Shown piece after piece: positions 23,510-31,747 of a DNA stretch of 41,167 nt (positions within the stretch are counted from its first letter, which is position 1; each line of letters begins with the position of its first letter). Source of the DNA: Candidatus Methanofastidiosia archaeon. Its GTDB lineage: Archaea; Methanobacteriota_B; Thermococci; Methanofastidiosales; NM3. Where the stretch lies: the NCBI GenBank assembly GCA_020854925.1, contig JAHKLV010000140.1, positions 1 to 41,167 of the forward strand, given 5' to 3'. The translations under genes were made by a program, and so were the position numbers. Below the pieces are notes generated by a model. The model was not told where the DNA came from. It made no database searches and saw only the letters and a program-made list of their open reading frames with translations.

Positions 23510-24757
23510 TTAAATGGAGCCAACCTTTTCTGAGAGATAAAATTCCCGGGCTAAAATCCGTTCTTTAAGAGACTCGCACAGCTCATCCGCCCGCGCCCTG
23601 TTTGATTGACGGAGCGTGATGGGGACACGCGTGCCTTCTATATCCATGGAACCAAGGGAGCCCTTGAACGCGCCGCCTGGGCACATGAAGACACAGGCAC
23701 CGCAGTTGTAGCACCGGCGCTTGTCGATACCGCCCTTCATGGTAAAGGCAGCGGTGGGGCAGTCCCGCTCGACGGTGCAGACCTTGCAGGGGGTGCAGAG
23801 CTCGCTGGCATAGGTGATAACATGGTCGGTACCCTGCCAGACATCGGCATAGGTCCCGGCCGTGAAGGGCACACGGTCATGAATCTCCCCTACGGGAAGC
23901 GACACATCGCCGTCAAGCACCCCGAGATGCGGCAATGTCTGCTCGGTAACGGGAATCGGAACGGCGATGGAAGTGATGACCTCCGGCGTCTTGGACGTTT
24001 TGAATCCGCCCATGTATTGAGCCTGCATGCCCTTAAGGTCGGCGATGACACTCATGTTTGGCTTTCCAGGCGTGCTTCGGGTGCCCTGGCCGATGACATA
24101 CCCCACGCCACCGTTGACGAGTATGCGCGTTCCCATGCCGATAGAGACAAGGCTGGGGTCATTCTCGATGGGATTTATCTCGCCACACCCGCTGATAGCT
24201 ATCTCCTTTCGCGGGCCACGAAGACCGGTGACCGAGAAGATGGTGTCACAGGAGCCCGTGGCGTCATTGAGAAATGAAACGTAGTTCTTAAAGGCCCCCC
24301 GTGTTGTCATGAGCTTGGCATAACTGCAGTCGTCGAGGGTGATATGATTCTCAAAGATGTTTCCGTTTGCCTCAACCCTGACCTCAACCTCCTTGCCGGC
24401 GACAAGGTCGCGAAAAATCTGGCCGCCCCCATATTCATGCGATGCATAGGAGGTGCCGTACAGGATGAGGTCGACGATGCCCAGATTCTCATTGGGGCAG
24501 GGGCCGGGATGCGCAGCCACACCGTTTATCCAGATGGATTCCGCCTTGGCAAAGACGCCCTTTTCAGCGACAGGAACGGTGAGGATGGCGGCTGTTCCCG
24601 ACATGATGCCACATGTTCCCGTGGTGACGGCATCGACGGTATCGGTGGTGACACGCTCGCCGTTACGGATCATCTCCTTGAGTTCTCGGGCGGTGTAGAC
24701 GACGGCCTCGCCCTTACGGATCTTTTCGTTGATATCCTGAATGGTCTTTTTCGCCAT
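23510..24757 (-). CDS. Homocysteine biosynthesis protein (COG1900/DUF39) fused to a 2x[4Fe-4S] ferredoxin domain
   Basis: 415 aa. The N-terminal ~330 aa resemble the methanogen COG1900 family (VDAVTTGTCGIMSGT...). C-terminal motifs are CTPCKVCTVERDCP and CYNCGACVFMCP. A GAGGTG Shine-Dalgarno element precedes the ATG. Confidence 0.75.
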   Translation of the reverse strand: MAKKTIQDINEKIRKGEAVVYTARELKEMIRNGERVTTDTVDAVTTGTCGIMSGTAAILTVPVAEKGVFAKAESIWINGVAAHPGPCPNENLGIVDLILYGTSYASHEYGGGQIFRDLVAGKEVEVRVEANGNIFENHITLDDCSYAKLMTTRGAFKNYVSFLNDATGSCDTIFSVTGLRGPRKEIAISGCGEINPIENDPSLVSIGMGTRILVNGGVGYVIGQGTRSTPGKPNMSVIADLKGMQAQYMGGFKTSKTPEVITSIAVPIPVTEQTLPHLGVLDGDVSLPVGEIHDRVPFTAGTYADVWQGTDHVITYASELCTPCKVCTVERDCPTAAFTMKGGIDKRRCYNCGACVFMCPGGAFKGSLGSMDIEGTRVPITLRQSNRARADELCESLKERILAREFYLSEKVGSI

Positions 24758-24848
24758 GTGTTCACCTCATGACCGGACAGCGTGCCGGCACAGACTAAAA
24801 GGGATAAAGACCCTATCCTCGGGAGCAATATAAATATAACGAAGAGCG

Positions 24849-25313
24849 TCATGCCTTGCGGCGCACAATACGGGACCCGCACACCTCACATGCCTCATCA
24901 TGAGAGGAAGGGGGATACCGCCTTCCGCATCCCGAACAACGGCATTTCCAGCGTACAGGGCCCGTTATCCCCTCAGTCCGCGAAGGAGACCATGGTATGC
25001 CAAGGCGAAGGGCAACGTTTTGCACGCCATAATCGTCGGTGATAAGGCGCGCACCGGTATCGATCGCTAAGGCGAGTATGCTTACATCGGCGAAAGAGAG
25101 GGTATCGCCTGCGCGAGCACACGAGTTTCTGACCTGTGAAAGTGACGCATCAGAGGGCTCTGCAAGGGAAAGGATGCCGGCGGCACGTAGTGCGTCAAGA
25201 TGCCGCCTGCTCTCCGCATCCCTGACTTCGGCTGCAACGGAAGGGGTGGTACCGGCTTCTCCCTCCGGCATGAAGCGGGAAAAGAAGGCTCCCGCATCAA
25301 GGACAACGTTCAT
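24849..25313 (-). CDS. nob1: Nob1-like endonuclease (PIN domain plus zinc ribbon)
   Basis: 154 aa. PIN acidic residues occur in VLDAGAF and LITDDYGVQN. C-terminal ribbon CRCSGCG...CEVCG. Confidence 0.75.
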   Translation of the reverse strand: MNVVLDAGAFFSRFMPEGEAGTTPSVAAEVRDAESRRHLDALRAAGILSLAEPSDASLSQVRNSCARAGDTLSFADVSILALAIDTGARLITDDYGVQNVALRLGIPWSPSRTEGITGPVRWKCRCSGCGRRYPPSSHDEACEVCGSRIVRRKA

Positions 25314-26070
25314 GGACGCGACGCCTCACGAATCTGACGGGATGTGCCGAGCGTACCACGGAGATGGCGTCCCCCGTAAGGATGCTTCGCACCGGCTGGC
25401 CGTCGAGAATGACATACGATTCCTTCCCGAGATTGACAATATCCACCGTGCAGGAATCAGGGACCACGTAGGGGTGCGCCTCGCCGAAGAGGGGGCATAT
25501 GGGGGTGATGCAGATGACAGGGGCCTTGGTGTGGATGACCGGCCCCCCCGCTGAAAGCGAATACGCCGTCGAACCGGTGGGAGTCGAAACGATGACCCCG
25601 TCACCATATATCTCGTGCGAAGGGGCGCCACCCACGCGCACGTCAAGGTGTTCCATCTTCGCCGGCGATGTCGAACGCACCACCACCTCGTTGAGGGCCG
25701 AACCCATGATGGTGCCGTCGTGCAATATGTCAAGCTTCGTGCGCGTGTCGACGACATGATGTGTGAGAAGATGGGGGATGCTGTCGATATCAGCCGGAGA
25801 TACCTCGCAGAGGAATCCGTAGGTCCCCATGTTGACCGTAAGAAGCGGTACATCCCCATACTGGGCGATGGTACGGAGAATCGTGCCGTCTCCCCCCACG
25901 ATGACGATGAAATCAAGGGGTCCCTGTGCCAGTGTGCTCTTGCCGAGGCTGCTGGCAAGGTCAGCGTCATATCCTACGGTATGGCCCTCCGATTCCAGGA
26001 GGCGCGCAATGCGCTCCGACAGGGCGACGGCCTCGTCGCGGTCGGTACGTGATACGATTCCAATCTGCAT
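25297..26070 (-). CDS. nadK: NAD kinase
   Basis: 257 aa. Motifs GGDGTILR, NEVVV and DGVIVSTPTGSTAYSLSAGGP. Confidence 0.9.
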   Translation of the reverse strand: MQIGIVSRTDRDEAVALSERIARLLESEGHTVGYDADLASSLGKSTLAQGPLDFIVIVGGDGTILRTIAQYGDVPLLTVNMGTYGFLCEVSPADIDSIPHLLTHHVVDTRTKLDILHDGTIMGSALNEVVVRSTSPAKMEHLDVRVGGAPSHEIYGDGVIVSTPTGSTAYSLSAGGPVIHTKAPVICITPICPLFGEAHPYVVPDSCTVDIVNLGKESYVILDGQPVRSILTGDAISVVRSAHPVRFVRRRVHERCP

Positions 26071-26074
26071 AGAT

Positions 26075-26824
26075 TCAACCCCTCAGCGCACGAACGAGGG
26101 ACGCGTGGACCTTCGCATCGTAGGCGGCAATGATATTGACATGATTCTCATCAAGGTCGAGTGGTTCCCCCGCTAGCCCCGTCATGACGCCGCCCGCGCT
26201 TTCAAGCACTATCTTTGCGGCTGCGATGTCTGTCGTCCGCATCTTGTCGCGCACGTCGATGAAGGCAAGCAGGCTTCCCTTGGCAACGTAGCACACCTCC
26301 AATGCCACGGACCCCAGGCACCGTATCTTCGAAATATAGTCCTGGAGCTCCTCGATGTACTTCCCCTTTTTCGTGTAGAGGGATATCATGCAGGAGGAGG
26401 GCGTATGCTCGAGCGGCCTGCCGTTATAGAGCGACCCATACTCGCTGATACCCTCATACCATTCCTCCCAGGCCAGATTGCGCACGAGGCCATAAGATGA
26501 CCCGTCCCGCATGATGCCAAGAGAGGTGCAGTAGAAAGGCAATCCATACAGCGCGTTGTTGGACCCGTCAATGGGGTCTAGGTAGAGGATAAACTCGTCA
26601 CCGAACGAGACGTGCCCAATCTCCTCGCTCACCAGTTCGCATGGTATCTTGTGGGCGGCAAGATAGTCGACAACGGCCGTTTCGGCAACCTTGTCAAAGT
26701 AGCGTGTTGTACCACCCAGGCAGCTTTCGCCCACTATTTCGTGTGCCTTTCCAGACCGCATGGCGTATTCCATCGCCTGTTTGACGGATTCCGACAAGTG
26801 CCAGCACAGCGTCCTATCATTCAT
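26075..26824 (-). CDS. Inositol monophosphatase-family phosphatase (IMPase/FBPase/NADP phosphatase-like)
   Basis: Motifs LDPIDGSNN and GSVALEVCYVAKG. I prefer ATG 26824; the ORF track uses a TTG at 26833. Confidence 0.85.
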   Translation of the reverse strand: MNDRTLCWHLSESVKQAMEYAMRSGKAHEIVGESCLGGTTRYFDKVAETAVVDYLAAHKIPCELVSEEIGHVSFGDEFILYLDPIDGSNNALYGLPFYCTSLGIMRDGSSYGLVRNLAWEEWYEGISEYGSLYNGRPLEHTPSSCMISLYTKKGKYIEELQDYISKIRCLGSVALEVCYVAKGSLLAFIDVRDKMRTTDIAAAKIVLESAGGVMTGLAGEPLDLDENHVNIIAAYDAKVHASLVRALRG

Positions 26825-26834
26825 GATGGCCAAC

Positions 26835-27338
26835 TCAGTAGAGGAGCAGGCACAGGGAAATGCTGCACCCGCATGTTTCCACTACCATGTCGGAAGATAT
26901 CGTTTTAATGGTATCTATCGTTGCATTGCGCTGGGAGACCATGCGGCGTGCCATGTCGATGGCCCGCACCTCAGCCTCTTCCTTTGAACATGCCCCGTGA
27001 TACTCGGTGATACACCCCACGGTCTCCTTCGTAGTGATACATGCGATGGATGAGGCGATGCGCTCACCGGGCGTTGAGCTCACGATCTTTGACATGACGC
27101 AGAACATGAATGAGCCTGGTGTGGCGGTGGCAACATCGGCCATCGTGCCCTCCCTGCACCCCTTGGGCAGGATGGATGAGACGGTGATGTAGTTGAAGTC
27201 GGAGATTCCGACGCCGTGGAGTGCCAGGTCAAATGCATTGAGTTCTGTCTTTGCGTTTGCACTGCTGGAGGTGAGCACATACGTATGAGGTGTCAACATG
27301 CTTGTGGATGCAGCGATACTGTTTTTAAGCGTTTTCAT
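26835..27338 (-). CDS. pdaD: Pyruvoyl-dependent arginine decarboxylase
   Basis: ELNAFDLAL...NYITVSSILP contains the Ser-Ser self-cleavage context and aligns with my recollection of the Methanocaldococcus PdaD. ATG 27338 gives 167 aa. Confidence 0.85.
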   Translation of the reverse strand: MKTLKNSIAASTSMLTPHTYVLTSSSANAKTELNAFDLALHGVGISDFNYITVSSILPKGCREGTMADVATATPGSFMFCVMSKIVSSTPGERIASSIACITTKETVGCITEYHGACSKEEAEVRAIDMARRMVSQRNATIDTIKTISSDMVVETCGCSISLCLLLY

Positions 27339-27410
27339 TGCCACGGTCTCGAAGGCACAATTCGGGAGAAAATCCACCGTATTTAGAAAAAATTGCCCTT
27401 CATAGAAACA

Positions 27411-27418
27411 TTTATATT
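27411..27418 (+). promoter_or_regulatory. TATA box (TTTATATT) for aIF5A-speB
   Basis: About 35 nt upstream of ATG 27452, with an AGGTGG Shine-Dalgarno element at 27441-27446. Confidence 0.5.
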
Positions 27419-27451
27419 ACCCCTATTTTATGGATAGAAAAGGTGGTTACC

Positions 27452-27853
27452 ATGGGCACGACCAAACCAGAACGAGTTGGTGTGTTGAAAGTAGGACGGT
27501 ACATCGTCATCGACGAAGAACCGTGCAAGATTATTGCCTACAGCACATCGGCCCCCGGCAAGCACGGGGCCGCCAAGGCGCGCATTGACGCCAAGGGCAT
27601 TTTTGACGACCAGAAGAGAAGTATCATCAAGCCGGTAGACGCTAAAGTTCCTATCCCCATCATCGACAAGGCAAGCGGTATGGTTACGGCAATCATGGGC
27701 TCCACCGTGCAGATTATGGACCTCAACTCATACGAGTACTTCGACCTCCCCCTCACGGATGACATCGAGGGTGAGCTTACCGACGGTGTGCAGGTCGAGT
27801 ACATGGAGACCATGGGTCGCATGAAGATTCTCCGTGTGAAAGGTTCATCGTAA
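27452..27853 (+). CDS. eif5a: Translation initiation factor 5A (aIF5A)
   Basis: 133 aa. The hypusine-site context STSAPGKHGAAKA is present. The upstream part of the 27338 ORF is discarded. Confidence 0.9.
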   Translation: MGTTKPERVGVLKVGRYIVIDEEPCKIIAYSTSAPGKHGAAKARIDAKGIFDDQKRSIIKPVDAKVPIPIIDKASGMVTAIMGSTVQIMDLNSYEYFDLPLTDDIEGELTDGVQVEYMETMGRMKILRVKGSS

Positions 27854-28692
27854 TGTCAGAGGATTTCTCGTTATATACCTATGTGAAGTCCGCCCTCCCG
27901 TTTTCCGCACCTGGTGCGGAGAACGCGGATGCGGTCGTGCTCGGCATTCCGTTCGACGGAACGCAGACAGGAAAGACGGGGTCGCGGCTCGGCCCCACCA
28001 GCATTCGCATCGCTTCTTTTGATCTTGAGCTCTATGATTTAGAAACGCGCGTCGACCTTGCAGGTCGCCCGATATACGATGCAGGGGATATAGACTGTGT
28101 TCCTGGTTCCCCGGAACGTACCATGGAACGGATCGCCGACACGGCTGCACGGCTCCCGTGCGTTCCCCTTTGGGTGATTCTCGGAGGCGAGCATTCGATA
28201 ACGGCACCCATCGTCGCCGCCCGTGCGCCCGACCTTGTCGTGTCGTTTGATGCGCACCCCGACCTGCGCAATGGATACATGGGTGTCAAGGAGTCGCATG
28301 CAGGGGTCATGAGAAGAATACACGAACACGGCATCGAGGTGGAGGTGCTGGGGGTGAGGGAATGCTCTTTGGAGGAGCATGACTATGCGGCAGAACACGG
28401 CATACCCCTTGTTGCTCCGGACGAAATCTCGTCCTACCTGCCGCCCAAGGGAAAGCGTACCTATCTTTCCATAGACCTTGACGTGCTGGAGAATATGAAC
28501 GTCGGCAATCCGGTACCGGGGGGGCTCACGTTCAGGGAACTCTGTGCCACCATACGGACGATTATGTCTGAAACGGATGTTATCGGCGTGGACATCGTGG
28601 AGCTATGCGCCGACACGACCGAAAGCTCATCCTATACCGCGGCAAAGCTCCTCTACAAGATACTTGCGTATTGGTACGAAAAAAGAGGATAA
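27853..28692 (+). CDS. speB: Agmatinase (ureohydrolase family)
   Basis: 279 aa. Mn-ligand motifs GGEHSIT, DAHPDLR and SIDLDVL. TAATG overlap with aIF5A. Confidence 0.85.
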   Translation: MSEDFSLYTYVKSALPFSAPGAENADAVVLGIPFDGTQTGKTGSRLGPTSIRIASFDLELYDLETRVDLAGRPIYDAGDIDCVPGSPERTMERIADTAARLPCVPLWVILGGEHSITAPIVAARAPDLVVSFDAHPDLRNGYMGVKESHAGVMRRIHEHGIEVEVLGVRECSLEEHDYAAEHGIPLVAPDEISSYLPPKGKRTYLSIDLDVLENMNVGNPVPGGLTFRELCATIRTIMSETDVIGVDIVELCADTTESSSYTAAKLLYKILAYWYEKRG

Positions 28693-28699
28693 AGGCTCC

Positions 28700-28843
28700 C
28701 TACAGGCACTTTTGCCCCTCTTCTACGTGTTCCATGGCACGCTCGAGAAACTCAGCCCATGTGCGTGCCTTGATGCGCACGCGCATATCCCATGCTTTTT
28801 CATACAGCGTTTCTTCACAGTTTTTTATCTCGATGTTTCTCAT
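28700..28843 (-). CDS. Unannotated 47-aa ORF, ribbon-helix-helix-like
   Basis: My own translation is MRNIEIKNCEETLYEKAWDMRVRIKARTWAEFLERAMEHVEEGQKCL, with an ATG start and a TAG stop. It shows a beta-strand then helix-turn-helix pattern. It falls below the ORF-track length cutoff. Confidence 0.35.
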   Translation of the reverse strand: MRNIEIKNCEETLYEKAWDMRVRIKARTWAEFLERAMEHVEEGQKCL

Positions 28844-29003
28844 GTGTGTTCACCAAAGGGAGGGAGACAGGAGCATGTTGGAGATCCTCCTGTCCCGTAT
28901 TCGAGGGGAGATACTATGTGTATGTAGTATTGCTCATCAATGCTATATAAATATTTCGGTAGAAATGTTGATGAATGCTATATGGCGGGGAATCCGCCGC
29001 ACA

Positions 29004-29747
29004 TCAGTCGAAAAAAGTCCGGTCGACGATGGCGACGTCCTCGTCAAGAACGATGTCGTCCACAAATCCCACCCAGTACACGACAATACCTGGGCCGAAA
29101 AGCTCAACGTAGCTTGAAAGCTGTTTCTCGTAGTCATGACGAGCCTGGAAAGGCGAACCGAAGCTTCCCTTGCTTTCCATCCATTGGAACTCGCGGCCGA
29201 GGAGCTCGTGCGGCTCATGAAAAAGAAAGTCGGGGGTTTTTGACCGTCCCATGTCACGGGAATCCTGCTCGGTCATGTAGGTGATGCCCTGTTCATCAAG
29301 CCACGACTTGATGCATGACTCGCAAAAGATACCCCTGTCCTTTTGGCAGGTGATGCCGCGAGGCGAATAGATGAAATCCTCGGCAAGGACGTCCTCCAAT
29401 TCTGCCCGAAGCCGCGGAGTCGGGGCAAGCGAGGGGTCTTGGACATACTGCTTGACAGCCTTTTTTCCATGTCCTAGCTCTGCGAGAACAAATCCCGAGG
29501 TCAATATGGCGGGGAACTTGCGCTCCTCGGCAAGTTGCACCAGGGTCTTGCCCCGCTCCCATTCCCGCGCCATTGCGCGCGCCTGGCGGGCGATGAGGTA
29601 ATAGTCCTTTTTTGTGTTGCGGACAATCTTTTGTGACAGGATACTGTACAGGACGTCCTCGCCGAATCCGTACTTCTCCGATACATAGGATATATCCTTA
29701 CGTGATTCAAGCCTTCGGTATATCTTATAAAACACATCTCTTCGCAT
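29004..29747 (-). CDS. PD-(D/E)XK nuclease-like protein, TPD-motif (CDIN1/C15orf41-like) family
   Basis: 247 aa. N-terminal helical/HTH-like region. C-terminal KTPDFLF...WMESKG supplies the PD...ExK signature. Confidence 0.55.
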   Translation of the reverse strand: MRRDVFYKIYRRLESRKDISYVSEKYGFGEDVLYSILSQKIVRNTKKDYYLIARQARAMAREWERGKTLVQLAEERKFPAILTSGFVLAELGHGKKAVKQYVQDPSLAPTPRLRAELEDVLAEDFIYSPRGITCQKDRGIFCESCIKSWLDEQGITYMTEQDSRDMGRSKTPDFLFHEPHELLGREFQWMESKGSFGSPFQARHDYEKQLSSYVELFGPGIVVYWVGFVDDIVLDEDVAIVDRTFFD

Positions 29748-30401
29748 CTAGAGCTCCCCCCTGCTTTCCATTTCCAGCCGATGGAAAAACGCCTGCATGA
29801 ACGCGTCACGCTCCATGGCCATACGCCTGCCCTCTGATGTGAGCATTCGATCCTTAAGCTTTGAGAGCTTGACATAATATTCCTTTACGGGCGAGTGTTC
29901 GGCATGGTTGATACCGAGACCACCATAGGAGTCAGGTTCAAAGGGTGTGACAAGCCGCTGATTGTGCTCACCGGCATACGCATAAGCGCGGGCAACGCCA
30001 ATGGCGCCTATGGCATCAAGCTTGTCAGCATCATACAGTACGCGTGCCTCGAGAGTACGCGGTACAAGACCGCCCCTGAATCGATGCGTTTCCACGCAGT
30101 GCACGACGGCCTCTATACATGAGGGCATCAGACCGCAGCGACGAAGGATATCTCGAGCAATCTGCGCACCACACAGGGCGTGGCACAACGAGGGGTCCGC
30201 CTCCTCCTGGCATCGGCCGACATCATGGAGATATGCGGCATAGGAAACGACCATCTCGTCAGCGCCTTCAACGGCGCCGATATGGGTGGCAAGCGCATGC
30301 ACACGCAGAACATGGGCCCAGTCGTGCGTCGGCCGGGCATGGGCAAAAAATGCCTGTGCCTCACGGATGATGTGCTCCTCTATGTGCGTGCTCACATGCA
30401 T
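29748..30401 (-). CDS. HD-domain metal-dependent phosphohydrolase
   Basis: Motifs HDWAHVLRV, LHDVGR and DADKLDAIG. I prefer ATG 30401; the ORF track uses a TTG at 30446. The stop abuts the start of the nuclease-like gene. Confidence 0.8.
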   Translation of the reverse strand: MHVSTHIEEHIIREAQAFFAHARPTHDWAHVLRVHALATHIGAVEGADEMVVSYAAYLHDVGRCQEEADPSLCHALCGAQIARDILRRCGLMPSCIEAVVHCVETHRFRGGLVPRTLEARVLYDADKLDAIGAIGVARAYAYAGEHNQRLVTPFEPDSYGGLGINHAEHSPVKEYYVKLSKLKDRMLTSEGRRMAMERDAFMQAFFHRLEMESRGEL

Positions 30402-30483
30402 GACTTTCTTCGGCAATATATAAGGTTTTTCGAAAAAAAGGGACAAAGAAAAACCCTAAATACCCCAGCGCAGAATCCTACGC

Positions 30484-31176
30484 ATGAAAGAGCGGATACC
30501 CATTGTGCGGTGGGAGGGCGGCATCCCCGAACACCGTATCGACGATGTGGCACAGGAGCGCAAGGTAACCATAACACGTGGTACCTACACCTTTACCACG
30601 TATGCCACACCATGCGCCTATGAGGATCTTGCTACGGGCCACCTTCATGCGGAAGGTATCGAGCGGTCTTGCATTCCCGCCATTACCGTCACGCACCACC
30701 AAGGATACGACCAGATTGATGCCCACGGGACCGGGGGGACATGGGAGCACATAGCCCCCCAGCATCTCACCGTAGCGGCATCGGCCATCGTGCGCATGGC
30801 GGCATTCGCGGCATCGGCCTCACCGCTCTTTGAGGACACGGGTGCATTCCACTATGCGTTCATGTTTGACGGGGAAGGGACGTGTGTTGCCGAAGCCCCG
30901 GACATCGGGCGCTTCAACGCCATTGACAAGGCAGCGGGCTCCTGCATCCGCAAGGGGATGGCCCTCAACGACAAGGTGCTCTTCACCACGGGCCGAATAT
31001 CGGTACGCACCATCGGCAAGGCACAGGCACTCGGCATCCCGGCAATCGTTTCAAAGGCCCCGCCGTTTCTCGAGGCGATAGCGCTTGCACGACAAGCGGG
31101 CATCACGGTCATCGGATTCGCACGCAAGGGACGATTCACCCTATACACGGAAGGGGCCGCAGAGGTGGAGGGATGA
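30484..31176 (+). CDS. fdhD: Formate dehydrogenase accessory protein FdhD/FdsC-like
   Basis: 230 aa. C-terminal DIGRFNAIDKAAG...GRISVRTIGKAQALGIPAIVSKAPPFLEAIALARQAGITVIGFAR matches the FdhD family. Confidence 0.8.
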   Translation: MKERIPIVRWEGGIPEHRIDDVAQERKVTITRGTYTFTTYATPCAYEDLATGHLHAEGIERSCIPAITVTHHQGYDQIDAHGTGGTWEHIAPQHLTVAASAIVRMAAFAASASPLFEDTGAFHYAFMFDGEGTCVAEAPDIGRFNAIDKAAGSCIRKGMALNDKVLFTTGRISVRTIGKAQALGIPAIVSKAPPFLEAIALARQAGITVIGFARKGRFTLYTEGAAEVEG

Positions 31177-31736
31177 CCAACCTAAGCATCGCCATCCTCT
31201 GCGGGGGAAAGTCACGGCGATTCGGTGTCGACAAGTCTGTTCACCCCTTGGACGGCAAGGAGCTATACCGTCATGCATACGATGCCCTCGCACCGCTCAC
31301 CGATGACATTTTCGTCCAATGCGGAAGCAAGGACGCCTCGCTCTATGGCGTACAGCGCCACAACGATGACTATCTCGACCTCGGTCCGCTCAGTGGCATC
31401 TATTCGGCACTTCGCCACGCACGGTACCCACGTGTCGCCGTTGTCGCCTGTGACATGCCCAACGTCACGGCGGCGCTTGTCAGACATTTGGCACGCTATG
31501 CCACCCCGGACATCGTTGTCCCGGAATGGGCGTCGGGGCACACTGAACCGCTCTGTGCCATCTACAAAAAAAGCTTGGCTTCCCTCATGGAATACCAGAT
31601 CCTTTCAGACGACCTCAGAATATCTTCACTCTTTGCGAAGGTCGAGGTAAAAAAAATAAGAATAGAGCCCCTTATCGCATCGGGGCTCATCGATGCCACC
31701 GTGTTCAAGAACATAAACTACCAGGACGACGTTTAG
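31173..31736 (+). CDS. mobA: Molybdenum cofactor guanylyltransferase
   Basis: 187 aa. Motifs ILCGGKSRRFGVDKS, DLGPLSGI and VVACDMP. ATGA overlap with fdhD. Confidence 0.85.
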   Translation: MTNLSIAILCGGKSRRFGVDKSVHPLDGKELYRHAYDALAPLTDDIFVQCGSKDASLYGVQRHNDDYLDLGPLSGIYSALRHARYPRVAVVACDMPNVTAALVRHLARYATPDIVVPEWASGHTEPLCAIYKKSLASLMEYQILSDDLRISSLFAKVEVKKIRIEPLIASGLIDATVFKNINYQDDV

Positions 31737-31747
31737 TCGCCGGAAGC

